From: Octopus sinensis | Lineage: Eukaryota | Assembly (NCBI RefSeq): GCF_006345805.1 | Contig: NW_021833655.1 | Location: forward strand, 1-64,000 | Direction: 5' to 3' | Length of the DNA stretch: 64,000 nt | Shown: piece after piece, positions 27,081 through 40,061 of the stretch | Layout of the letters: every line of letters starts with the position of its first letter | Position numbering within the stretch: position 1 is the stretch's first letter | The notes under the pieces: model-generated | Database searches by the model: none | Told to the model about the DNA's origin: nothing | Seen by the model: only the letters and a program-made list of their open reading frames with translations | Made by a program: the position numbers and the translations under genes

Positions 27081-28814
27081 TGCTAACGCTAGTTTCCTCT
27101 CCCCCTCTCTCTCCTCCATTTCACTTTTTCCCATTCCACCTCTTCCCACTACTTTTATCTCTCCAAAGCTCTCTCTCTCTCCCTCTCTCTCTCTCTCTCT
27201 CACTCTCTCACTTTCTTCTTCACCACCAAACCCCTCCCTATCACCATTACATCACCCTCATTTCAATCAAAATATTACTACATACAATTTTGAAGGAATT
27301 TTATTTTTAAATTATTTTTATTTAAAACAAAAAAAAAATAATTTCAAAATTTCATTTTTCATTTACATATTTTCATTTTATTATTAATTCTACTACTACT
27401 ACTACTACTCATCTTATTCAAACAATTCTTTTTTATATTTAAATTTAAAACAAAAAAATTCACCTTTTTTTATCATTTTATCATATATTTTATATATTTT
27501 ATATATATTTTATTGTGTATATTTTATATATTTTATTAAATATATTATATATTGTCATTTTATTATCAATACTTTTTTAAAACAATTTCTTTCATACTAA
27601 AAAAAAAATATATTTTATATTTAAAAATTTAAAATTTCACTTTTTTGTAAAGTCATATATATATCTTTTTTATGCAGTTTTCCTATTTTTATTTTCATAA
27701 CTTTACTTTTTTAAATTTAAAATTTCATTTTCATATTTTTTTATGAATTTTCTTAATATTTTATATTTTTGTTTTAGGAAAAAAATATTTCAAATTATTA
27801 CATCGTTTCTTTATATTTCTTTCTTTATTTATTATCATTATTTTTTTCTTTTGTTTTTAAGTTGTCTTTTTTGGGTTTTTTCTGGGGGTTTTTTTGATGT
27901 TACATTTATTTGTTCTTTCATTTTTTTATCTCCCCTTTTTTCATGCATCTCCCCTCTAACTCCTCTACATTTCCATCAAACCTTTACTTCATGCCACCTC
28001 CACCTCCCACCTGATCCTTAAACTCTAATGCTACCCCCTACCCCTGCTACCCCCCACTTACCCCCATCTGCATGCTGCTGCCATCAACTGATTCTGTCAC
28101 CTCGTATTTATTGTAAAAAATTCTGTTTATTTAGATATTGTGTGTATGTGTGCATGTGTGTGTGTGTGTATGTGTGTGTAAGTCTGTATATGTGTGTGTA
28201 TATGTGTATGTATGTATTTGTATGTATGTGTAGGCATGTAGGTGTGTATCTGTGTGTGTATGTGCATGTAAGTATGCCTGTACATATGTTTGTGTGTGTG
28301 TGTATGTCTGTGCATGTATATGTGTGTGTTGTGTATGCATGTGTGTGTGTGTGTGTCTATGTATCTATGCATGTATGTGTATATATATATGTATGTGTGT
28401 GTCTGTATATATGTGTTTATGTATGACATGTATGTGTGTTTGTGTGTGTATATGTCTGTGTATGTGTGTTTGAGTATGCATGTGTGCATGTCTATAGATG
28501 TATGCATGTATGTATACATATATATATATATATATGTATATATGTGTGTGTGTGTGGGTGTGTGTGTGTATGTGTGTGTGCGCATGTGTGTACGTGCGTG
28601 TGTAAGTGTGTGTTTATGTATGAACGTGTGTGAGTGTATATATGCATATGTGTATGCATGCATGTGTCAATGTGTGTATATGTATGTATATATGTGTCTG
28701 TGTATTTGTAAATATATATAGGTGTGCTTGTGTGCATCTGTCTATGTTCATGAGCCGTTCTGTGTGCGCGTGCGTGTGTCAACTCTTGTGGTGGTGTTGG
28801 TGGTGGTGGCGCTG

Positions 28815-29056
28815 GTGATGAGGGTGGTGTGCCAAGTGATCAGAAAAAAGCAGCAGCATCTTATGTAAGAATTCATTGTGATGCTAAACTACACCTAGCA
28901 CCCTCCATCTACCCCCTTTTACCGCCGCCCCCTCAACCACCACTATCAACTACCCAACCAACCAACCAACCGAGTATACCCTCTCCACCCCCATTCTGTT
29001 CCCTCCACCTCTTCCAGATTTATATCTAAAATGACATTCCGTCTTGGGAATATTGG
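28815..29056 (+). repeat. Source copy of the segment duplicated at 24573-24807
   Basis: Near-identical text from gtgatgagggt to gggaatattgg. Confidence 0.9.
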
Positions 29057-29632
29057 CAACAGTGCTACTAGAGCACCACAGCACCAAAGCAATACTGGGA
29101 AACAATAACAATAACACTGATGATAATGACAATAAAAATAATGATGATGATGATGATGATGTGATGAGGATGATGATGATGACGGTGACGGTGACGATGA
29201 TGATGACGATGACGATGAGGATGATGATGATGATGATGATGATAAGAACAATACCAATAATGATGATGATGATGATGACGATGATGATGATGATGATGAT
29301 GACGATGATGATGACGATGATGACGATGACGATGATGATGATGATGATGATAAGAACAATGAAAATACCAATAATGATGATGACAATTATAATAGTGATA
29401 ATGATGATGATGATTATGACGGTGATGATGATGAGGAAGTGGGTGAAGAAAATAAATAGTGATAGTGTTGACGACGATGACGATGATGATGATGATGATG
29501 ATTATGATGACGATCGTGGTGGTGGTGGTGGTGGTGATCTTGGTGTTGGTAGTAACTTCTATTTTTCTTTTTTTTTCTCAAATAATAACAATGACAGCAG
29601 CAATGACGAGGACAATGCTGATAATAATAATA

Positions 29633-29694
<62 letters not shown>

Positions 29695-30081
29695 ATGATG
29701 ATGATGATAACAATGACACTGGTGATGGTGATGGTGATGGTGATGATGATGGTGATGGTGATGGTGATGATGATGATGATGATGATGATAACAATGACAA
29801 TGATGATGGTGATGGTGATGGTGATAGTCGTCATTTCTTTATTCACCGGTAGAATCATCGAAAGAAATGTGAATGTTACGAAACAAAAGAGATGAAACAA
29901 AGGATGCCAGCACCCCATCCACCTCCGCTGCACCCCACCCCACAACCCCCCCCCCTACTACACCCCCCTACAATGCCCGTCCACCCACACACACAGAGAC
30001 ACACTCACACACACACGCATACACACACATGCACACACACTCACTACCGCTTGCACACAGACAGGCAGAGAAACATCAAGT

Positions 30082-30189
<108 letters not shown>

Positions 30190-31007
30190 TGTGTGTGCGT
30201 GTGTATCTATGTGTCAGAATGTGTGTCTATGTATTTCCATGTGTGCAAACGTTTCCTTGTGTGAGTGTGTGTGTGTATGTGTATGTGTACGTGGTTCTGT
30301 GTCATACTGTTTATGTGTGTGTAAACATATGTATTAGTCTGTGTGTGCATGTGTGTGTATGTTTATATGTGAGTGTATGTTTTAGTGTGTGAGTGTGTAT
30401 GTGTGTTGATGTATGTGTGTTTGGTGTTTTTTTTTTAGTTTTTTAGCGCATGTGTGTGTGTGTGTGTGTGTGGTGGGGTTACACGATGGGGAGTAGGGGT
30501 TAGAGTTACATTGATTTTTATGGAAATATTTTCTAAAATATCGATTATATTAAAATGCAAATAGATAAATAAATAAATAAATGAATAAATAAATAAAATT
30601 CCACCCCCTCCACTCCTGTACACGCACACATGCATATGCACACACACACACACACTCACATGCACATAATGCACAGATACAGACACACATGTACACTTGC
30701 ACAAAAAAAGGGAAAGGAGTAAAGCGAAAAAAAAGGGGACAATTAAATCAATGTGTGTAAACAATAAGAGGACCCTTGGAACCTTGAATGCTCTGTACAC
30801 ACACACACACACACACACACATACACACATGTACATATATATGCATACACATGCACACATACATGCTAACACATACACATTCAGACACATACACATATTC
30901 AGAAACATATCACACACACACACACACACACACACATATGCACACAAACACACATATACACACACAAATACATACACCTATGCACACACTCATACATATT
31001 CATACAT

Positions 31008-31044
<37 letters not shown>

Positions 31045-31170
31045 GCAAATCTCCCTCTCCTACTCGCCTTCTCCCCCTTCTTTCTCATTCTCTGTCACTC
31101 TTTCTCTCTTTCTCTCAATGCCTCCTTTACTCTTTCTTTTGTCTCTTTCTCCCTTTTCTCTCTCTCTCCC

Positions 31171-31205
<35 letters not shown>

Positions 31206-31702
31206 TTCACTTTCTCTCTCATATGCATGCAGAACCTAGGAGCCGCAAAACCTGACCCTGGAGCAGGGAGCAGGGAATGAGGAAGGAGTAAGTCGTATCA
31301 TTTGCATAATCAAGCACATGGCTACTCTCAGGCTATTCACGTCTGACGTAAAATTTTACCTGTGATGTGACGTAAGTTCATATTCTATTCACATCTATAC
31401 ATATCTATTTCTGTGTGTCGATGTATCATATATGTATATATATGTATATATATCTATATCTATCTATATATATATATATATATATATACACATTTATATA
31501 TACACATACACATGTATATGTATGTGTATATATATATATGTATATATGTATTGCATATACACTCACAAATATACATACATATATAGAGAGACATGATATA
31601 GAATATGTGTGTGTGTGTATATAATACATATCCATAAACAAATACATACTTGTACATATATATATATACACACATACATACATACATACATACATACATT
31701 CA

Positions 31703-31735
<33 letters not shown>

Positions 31736-31764
31736 GTATATATGTATGTATATATACGTATATA

Positions 31765-31900
31765 TGGAAAAAATGTCAAGGTAGAAAATGCTAAAATATT
31801 TTCATAAAAAAACATTTCAGTACCGGTTTCAGTCATTCAGACTTTTTCAACTGTAAGTGTGTCTCAACGACCTCGAACCCACAAGAGTAAACAAGAGAGA
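31765..31900 (-). mobile_element. Probable Penelope-like terminal-repeat remnant
   Basis: Hammerhead motif followed on the minus strand by a T-rich tail running into TA/TACA repeats. Boundaries approximate. Confidence 0.4.
31812..31860 (-). ncRNA. Minimal hammerhead motif with U3-A8 covariant core
   Basis: Minus strand cag-UUGAAAA-aguc-ugaau-gacu-GAAA-CC-GG-UA-cug; perfect 4-bp stem II, ACCGGU palindromic stem III, GUA site, stem I extendable with a mismatch and a bulge. Confidence 0.6.
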
Positions 31901-32218
31901 CAGAGACAGGCAGAAAATTGCCCTGTCTCTACCGTATTATGAGAGACTTAGTGTTGTAGACTTAGGAGTTGGATAAGCATAAGTCACCTGGGTACAATAT
32001 CATCATCATCATCATCATCATCATCACCACTTAATATCTATGTTCCTTGTTGGCATGGGTTGGATACTTTGACAGAACCTGATGGGCCCAACAATTTCAC
32101 CATGCTCTAGTGTCGCTTTTAGCATAGTTTCTGTGGTCAGATGCCTTTCCTAATGTCAGCCCCTTTACAAAATTAACTAGGCAGCTTTTACCATGACACC
32201 AGTATAATAATAATTACT

Positions 32219-32620
32219 AGTGGCTGTGTGGTAAGTAGCTTGTCTACCAACCACATGGTTCCGGATTCAGTCCCACTGCGTGGAACCTTGGGCAAGTGTC
32301 TTCTACTATAGCCTCGGGCCGACCAAAGCCTTGTGAGTGGATTAGGTAGACGGAAACTGAAAGAAGCCTGTTGTATATATGTATATATAGATATATATGC
32401 GTGTGTGTGTTTGTGTGTCTGTGTTTGTCCCCTAGCATTGCTTGACAACCGATGCTGGTGTGTTTATGCCCCCGTTACTTAGCAGTTCGGCAAAAGAGAC
32501 CGATAGAATAAGTATTGGGCTTACAAAAGAATAAGTCCTGGGGTCGAGTTGCTCGATTAAAGGCGGTGCTCCAGCATGGCTGCAGTCAAATGACTGAAAC
32601 AGGTAAAAGAATAAAAGAAT
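32219..32620 (+). mobile_element. SINE family A
   Basis: Colinear with 10983-11394. Confidence 0.85.
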
Positions 32621-32799
32621 AACAAAATACTGAAACCCAGCCAAGATATCACAGTCTTCCAGTACAAACCTATGTAAAATTGCTTTCTGTATGTCCACTG
32701 TTATATGGGGAAGTCACACCATCTCATTGTGCCTTTTCCCCCAGCCTATAATAATCCGCAGTGGATATGTGTCTTAGATTATTTAATGAATATTTCACC

Positions 32800-33024
32800 T
32801 TTAACCCTTTAGTGTTCAGATTACTCTGTTAAATGTAATATTTTTTTACTCAAATTGTTTTTAATTAATCATTCATTATCTTATAGCTTTGGGGTTTCAA
32901 TGACGTGATTGTTCATTTTTAGAATGTCAATGTAGGTTAGGTGTGAGAGCCCTGATCTGGTCAGTTTAAACATAAAATAGGGAGAAAATAGGGATATGGC
33001 CAGTTTAAACACTAAAGAGTTAAG
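32800..33024 (-). mobile_element. piggyBac-type MITE (second family)
   Basis: ttaa-ccctttagtgtt ... aacactaaagag-ttaa; homologous to 35247-35838 and 49190-50048. Confidence 0.75.
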
Positions 33025-33566
33025 AAGTGTTTTTTAAACAAGTAAATGCAAAATTTCTCCTACATCAGGTATGACAATTCTCTTGACCAAATTATAAACA
33101 ATTATACGGTTAATCTGAAAGAAGATGAAACTGCAAAGCTGTGTTTGTGTGATGGAATTCATTTGCAATAAATTCAAGGTTTCATACTTTATTCCTGTAC
33201 TATGTCTCTCTTTTCTTTCTTTCTTTCTGTTTTTTTCTTTCTTTCTTTTGCTCTTTAATTTCTTTCTTTCTTTCTTTCTGTCTGTCTGTCTGCCTGTCTC
33301 TCTGTCTCTCTCTCTCTCTCTCACTCCCCTACTGATTTAGGCCTTGGGATTCTAAGGAGGAGAGTGAGAAAGAGAAGAATGAGAAGGAGAAGCAGAGAGA
33401 GAGAGAGAGAGAGAAAGAGCGAAGACAGACAGGCAGACATATATATATATATATATGTATGTATGTATTTATGTATGTATGTATGTATGTATATATGTAG
33501 AGAGAAGGAGAGAGAGGGAGAGAGAGAGAAAACGATAGAAAGAAAGAAAAAGAGAGAAACATATAT

Positions 33567-33613
<47 letters not shown>

Positions 33614-34763
33614 GTGAGTGACTGACAGAGAAACAATTTCATTCGAATGAGAATCTGTGACATTTATGCTTTTCTCCCAATCTCCAAACTTAAACTCCAC
33701 AACATAAACAATTGAGGCCGATATCTGCTGTCTGAGGTAATCAAATACAATCACTCACCTATTCGGTCACAATCTCCCGCAATCGTTTTCACACTTGGCT
33801 TGGCCTGACCAGCCTCATCTCGGCTCTCATAAATTTAAGATCCAGGCTTAACCTTTGCTTTGCCAAAAGATTTCCCCCGGTTCCCTCTTATTCTTGCTTC
33901 CATCTTTTGTCTTTGGCTCTGCCTCGGCAGCAGCTCTTAAATCAACAAGCTCTCCTTTTCAAATTCTTCCTCAGCCTGTGGTCATTACTGTAGAAGCAAT
34001 TGTGGTGGTGGTGGCGGCGGCGGCGGCAGTGATAGTGGTGATGATGGTGGTGCCTGTGGTGGTGGTGATGGCAGTGGTAGTACTGGAGGGGATGGTGGTA
34101 GTGGTGGTGGGGATGATGATGATGACGATGATGATGATGATGGTGGTGGTGGTGGTGGTGGTGGTGGTGGTAGTAGTGGTGGTAGAGGTGCTGGCAGTGG
34201 TGCTGTGGTGGTGGTGGTGGTGGTGGTGGTGCCGAAGGTGATGGTGCTGGTGGTGAAGATGATGATGGTGGTAGTGGTGTTGGTATTGGTAGAGGTGATG
34301 ATACTGGTGGAGGTGTCCTGGGAGGGTATACGTGTATGGGGGAAGGTGTGCCCGTGGGGTAGGGTAGAGGCTTAGTGGTGGTGAATCTTTTCATTTGCAA
34401 ACTGTCAGATGCTAATTAATGGGATGTGTTTAATGATAGGGAGCTCAGAAATATCTTGCTGCCCACAATGGGCCCCAAAAGGTTAATGAATTGGGATCCT
34501 TCTGTCTGTCTGTTTCTCCCTCTCTCTCTCTCTCTGTTTCATTTCGCTCACTTCTTCAGGAGTGGGGAAATCTTGTGCTGTCTGGAAAGATTTAGAAAAC
34601 CATCACCATCACCACCACCTCCTCTTCCTCTTCTCCTGATACTCTTCTTTCTCCTCCTTTTCTTTTCCTCTTCCTCCCTCCCTCTTCCTGGTTGTTTAAC
34701 TGTCACCCCCACTTAATACTCTGACCACTACTACTAGACTGAAGGACAGAAAGAGAAAGAAGC

Positions 34764-34795
<32 letters not shown>

Positions 34796-35154
34796 GGAGA
34801 GAGAGGCAAAGAGAGAAACAAAGAGAGCGAGACAGAGAGAGAGAGACATGATAATTTATTAAGGGGACATGATTGACATATAAACACTTTCCCTTTCTTC
34901 CTACACAGAGATATACCCACATATATACAGAGAGAAAAAAATATACAGGGAGAGAGTAAAAGAGAGAGGGAGAGAGAGAGGGGGAGAAACAAAAAGAGAG
35001 AAAGGAACAGAGAGAAGGAGAACAAGGTGAGAGAGAGAGAGAGAGAGAGAGAAAAAGAGAGATGCTACGTTTTATTAACTGAACACGATTGACATAAATA
35101 CTTTCCCTCTCCTCATTCACATAACGAGAAATATACTCATACACACATTATATA

Positions 35155-35203
<49 letters not shown>

Positions 35204-35246
35204 GAGAGAGAGAGAGAGAGAGAGGAAGGGAGAATGAGAGAAACAT

Positions 35247-35838
35247 TAACCCTTTAGTGTCCATATTACTCTGTCAAATGTAATGTCTATTTATTCATGA
35301 TGTTCTGAATGAATCATATATTATCTCTTGGCTGTGAAATTTTGATGAAGTGGTTATTTTTAGAATGACATTGGAGGTTAGGTGTGAGAGACTGGATCTG
35401 GTCATTCTGAACATAAAACAGGTAGAATATTTGGGCCAGATAGGGTGAGGGTAAAGATCCCAATCAGTCATGTATGACCATGGGATTGCACCTAGAAAGT
35501 TCCCCTTCGAGGCACAAGTCCGCACAAGGTTGTTTATGGAAGACCAGCAGTTGCCCATGCGTACCAGCCTCTTTTCTTCGTGTCACCAATGTTATCAAAG
35601 GGAAAGGAAAAGGGGCTGATACAGCTTGGCACCAGTGATGTCGCAACTCATTTCTACAGCTGTGTGCACTGGAACAACATGAAATAAAGTGTCTTGCTCA
35701 AGAACACAACACACAGCCTGGTCTGGGAATCGAACTCACTAACTCATGATCATGAGCCAATGCTCTAACCACTGAACCATGCACCTTCACCTTGGACTAG
35801 ATAAGGCTGGCTTGGGCGGTTTAAATGTTAATGGGTTA
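35247..35838 (-). mobile_element. piggyBac-type MITE (second family) split by a SINE
   Basis: ttaaccctttag start; body to ~35450; SINE at 35467-35790; end ...aatgggttaa. Confidence 0.7.
35467..35790 (-). mobile_element. tRNA-derived SINE family D
   Basis: Near-colinear with 59376-59695; the same head occurs at 1140-1400 and 51110-51570. Confidence 0.85.
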
Positions 35839-35900
35839 AAATGAGTGGGATACTAAAACATTTGATGTTAAATTAGTTAGTATCAAGTCAGTGACACTAA

Positions 35901-35970
35901 AACAGGTGTGTTGATACAGGTGTGCTAAGACAGGTGTCCCAAGACAAGTGGGCCAAGACAGGTGTGCCAA
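35901..35970 (+). repeat. Five 14-bp units each centred on CAGGTG/CAAGTG
   Basis: Hexamers at 35903, 35917, 35931, 35945 and 35959. Confidence 0.85.
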
Positions 35971-36630
35971 ACTATTTCAAACCTGTTAGTGTTACAATGA
36001 TTGAATAGAGTTTGCCAACAGGACTAGAATGTCCGCCAAACCTCTTGCACTCAAGAACACATCAATGAAGTTCAAAAACTGCATCTTTATTGCCATCCTT
36101 GCATGAAGAGGGTGTTGATGATGGTGGTGAGGGTGATGGGGTGGTGGCCGTCATGAAGGTAGTGGTGGTGTTGGTAGTGGTGATGGTTCCCTATTGATTT
36201 ATATTTACAGTTTTTCAAAGAAGTTCTTTACAGTTTTTCCCCAATTCTTTGTTCTTAATCTTTCTTGTTGATTAATTTCTTCTTTAACGATCAAGATAGA
36301 ACCTCGATACAAGATGAAATTTTTATTTTACATCTCTGTATATATTTTTGTTTTTGTTTCCAAAAATTAATCTAGGATCAAACATAGGATACAGGTTTGA
36401 GTTCTTTGGATACACATACATATATAAGTAGATAGAGACATACACAGATAGATAGACAGATATACATACACACACACACACACATACACATATATGTACA
36501 TACATATTATATGTGTGTGTGTGTGTATGCATATACTCACATATATATCATCATCATCATCATCATCATTTAACGTCCGCTTTCCATGCTAGCATGGGTT
36601 GGACGATTCGACTGAGGTCTGGCAAACCAA

Positions 36631-36665
<35 letters not shown>

Positions 36666-37088
36666 TATATATACATATATATATGGTGTAATTATAAACA
36701 GGGCAAATTTTAGGCATTTCTCCGCAATATATGTATGTGTATATGTGTTACTGGGGTTGATGTAATTGACTGGTCCCCTCCCCCAAAATTCTGGCCCTTG
36801 TGCCTAGAGCAGAAATGAATATATGTGGGTGTGTGTATGTATATGATGAGAATTTTCATTGCTGCTTTCTGTCCCCTCTCATGATGCACCTAAACTCTGT
36901 ATGTTTGAGAATGCCTTTGCTTTCTTTAGAATCCCAACTCACTCAGAACTCCTGGGTTTGTTTATAAAATGTTCTTACATTCCAATATCTATTATATAGC
37001 ATTATGATTAGATGGAATTTGTTGTGAGGGTTCTCTTAACGAATGCTCAGTGGAATTTGAGATGTACAGGGTTTGATGCTCTGTAGAG

Positions 37089-37617
37089 AAGTGGTTCTCA
37101 ACCGGAGTCCATATGGCCCCTGAGGGTCCATATAAGATTTTTCCATGCAACAAAATAATAAATTGGGGATCTACAATAGTATTTTAAGGGCCCCTGAAAA
37201 AATGTTGCTTTAGATGTATCTCGTATTGGTATTTATTATAAGAAACAACGAAGTCCCTTTCTCTAACATTTCACAGAATTCAACCTACACAAGTAAATGT
37301 GTGAAAAACAAAATAGGGATTTTGAAAGAAGTTTCTATAAAACTAGTTTTTAAACTTACGGAGATGTACTTGCAGAGCAAGTGACCTGATCTGAGATCAT
37401 GTGCTGAAACAAAAACAATTGCAGCATGGAAGGTGTTTATGAGCCATTTAAAAATGCACAAAAACCGTTAGATTCGAATTTGTTAAAATATCTTCATCAC
37501 TTTGAAACCATGACCTGTTCACTGACAAAATTCCGAAACATCAAATGGCTATGGGAGTCCACCAGAATGAAATAGTAATCAAAGGGTCCATAGCTAAAAA
37601 TTGGTTGAAAACCCCTG
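37089..37617. mobile_element. hAT (Charlie-like) non-autonomous element with an internal insertion
   Basis: TIRs aagtggttctcaacc / ggttgaaaacccctg; flanks ctgtagag / atgtggag (6/8); unrelated repeat at ~37365-37540. Confidence 0.7.
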
Positions 37618-38140
37618 ATGTGGAGGCTTGCTGACCATTTTTTTTCCCTTTTTTCTAAGGGTATTTATTTGAATTTCTAAGCTGTTTCCACAGTCATTTT
37701 GTGTTCAAGAATTCCTTTATTTTTCACAGAATACCAACTCACCCGACAGTTCTAAGTTTGTTCACAAAGAAGTTTACTAATGTTGTTTTCATGTTTCCAT
37801 ATTCAAAATTATTGAGACACGGAAAGCACTACCTGCATCGGATGCTTTTTTTATGTTTTTGCCTCAAGCTGTCTGGATATTGCATCCTTCAAAAATTCCA
37901 TGCTTCCTGGAATTCACCAGCACTACTCCTGACATGTCTATGTACCATTTCCATTTTGCAGCCACACTTATATACACACACACACACACACACACATATG
38001 TGCACACACGCATACATCTCTCGAACTGCCTGACTGAATTCCTCTTGACCCATGCAAGCATTGTAAAGTGGAAAATAAACTAATGATGATCTGTCTGTCT
38101 GTCTGTCTGTCTCAAAATGCATAATCATATATACATATGC

Positions 38141-38534
38141 TCTTTTACTCTTTTACTTGTTTCAGTCACTTGACTGTGGCCTTGCTGGAGCACCCCTTTT
38201 AGTTGAACAAATCAACCCCAGAATTTATTCTTTGTAAGCCAAGTACTTATCCTATTGGTCTCTTTTGCCAGACTGCTAAGTTACGAGGATGTAAACACAC
38301 CAATATCAGTTATCAATTGATGGTGGGGACGACAAACACAAACACACGCATGCACGCACATATATGTATATGTGCAACGGGCTTCTTTCAGTTTCCATCT
38401 ATCAAATCCCCTCACAAGGCTTTGGTTGGCTCGAGGCTATAGCAGAAGACACCCAATGTGCCACGCAGTGAAACTGAACCCAGAACCATGTAGTTGGTAA
38501 GCAAGCTACTTACCACACAGTCACTCCTGTGCCT
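38141..38534 (-). mobile_element. SINE family A
   Basis: Reverse complement colinear with 10983-11394. Confidence 0.85.
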
Positions 38535-38987
38535 ATATATATATATATAAATATTTAATACATTTAATTACATTAATTCATTAATAGCGAAACAATTGTC
38601 CCAAAAAATCTGTATTTTTGTTATTTTTTATTGCCCTGTCCGTGTGAGCTAACAGTCGTACTGACTTTCATGGAAACATGTATTTTCGTGGTTGAAACCT
38701 TTTGGATTAACTGGTGCTAGAGTGAGCAATATAGTGACCACTCTTATATATTATTTGTAAAAATATTATAATGTTATAAAATATATAATAATCCAGGTTT
38801 CTCGTAGCACTAGGCCACTGGGTTGAATAAATATACTTTAATTAGTATCTAATTCTCTCACCACTATTAATTAATTATATATATATATATATATTCTTTT
38901 ACTCTTTTACTTGTTTCAGTCATTTGACTGTCACCATGCTGGAGTACACGCACGCACACATTTATATATATCATATATCCATAAACA

Positions 38988-39230
38988 GGGTCGCGAGCTG
39001 GCAGAATCGTTAGCACACCAGGCGAAATACTTAGCAGTATTTCGTCTGCCATTACGTTCTTAGTTCAAATTCCGCCAAGGTCGACTTTGCTTTTCATCCT
39101 TTTGGGGTCGATTAAATAAATACCAGTTACACACTGAGGTGGGGGGGGGGTCGATGTAATCAACTTAATCTTAGTCTGTCCTTGTCTGTCCCCTCTGTAT
39201 TTGGCCCCCTGTGGGCAATAAAGAAATAAT
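38988..39230 (+). mobile_element. SINE family B, full length
   Basis: Head gagctggcagaatcgttagc, tail gggcaataaagaaata. Another copy lies on the minus strand at ~60118-60350. Confidence 0.85.
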
Positions 39231-39278
39231 TATATATGCATAAATACATATGTATATATGCATATATATATATGTGTG

Positions 39279-39314
<36 letters not shown>

Positions 39315-40061
39315 TATACACAAACTCACACACACACACACACACCTAAATACATGCAATTCTTCTCTGCTCACTTATATAGATCAAACTAATGAGATTG
39401 GTCAATGGAATTTCTTATCTCCGAGGCCCAGTTTTACTCTTTACATGCATCTGCTTTTTCTTACGCTCCAGTTTCTCACCAGCACCCACCGCCCATACCC
39501 GTACCATCATCCTGCCTTCGCAACTCCCCCTCTCTCTCTAAATCCACTACCTCCCCTTCACTCTTTCCCCTTCTTCCCTCCATTCATTTCATCACATGCA
39601 CCAACCCTCCTCCCTCACTCTATTTCACTCGCTGTGCACCAAACCTCTCCTCCACCTCCTCCCCTTCTCTCTATTCATATTTTCACGTTTAGACAATAGG
39701 CTTCAGCCTTCCTTGTTATATTTCACCACCCCAACCCCCCTACCATATTTTCTTCTTCTTTTTCTTTCTCCTCTTCTTCTTCTTCTTCCTTAGCCCTGTG
39801 GGATTCAGTTTGAAATATCTGTTTCTTCTTCTTCTGCCTGCTGGCTTATGTGCCAGCTGGCTGGCTGGATGGAAGGATGGTTGGCTGGCTGACTAGCTTG
39901 TTGGTTGGCTGGCTAGCTTCTCCCCACCCGTCCCCACTCGCCACTTTCTCTTATGTGTGCTTATGTGTTTTATTGCTTGTGGGGGTGAATAAGTGAATAT
40001 TATGCGTATTTTGATTTCAGCAATCGTGTGTACATTTCTATATATATCTATATCTAAATTA

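Noticed and set aside
37480-37535. Hammerhead-like fold on the minus strand inside the hAT element
   Set aside because: Both core strands deviate (no CUGA, GAAA lost).
37701-38033. ORFs in non-repetitive sequence
   Set aside because: Stops in the alternative frames, no motif, and the ORFs run into microsatellite.
38586-38690. Hammerhead half-motifs GAAACAAUUGUC and GAAACAUGUA
   Set aside because: Palindromic stem III is present but there is no CUGANGA-like core or stem I at the right spacing.
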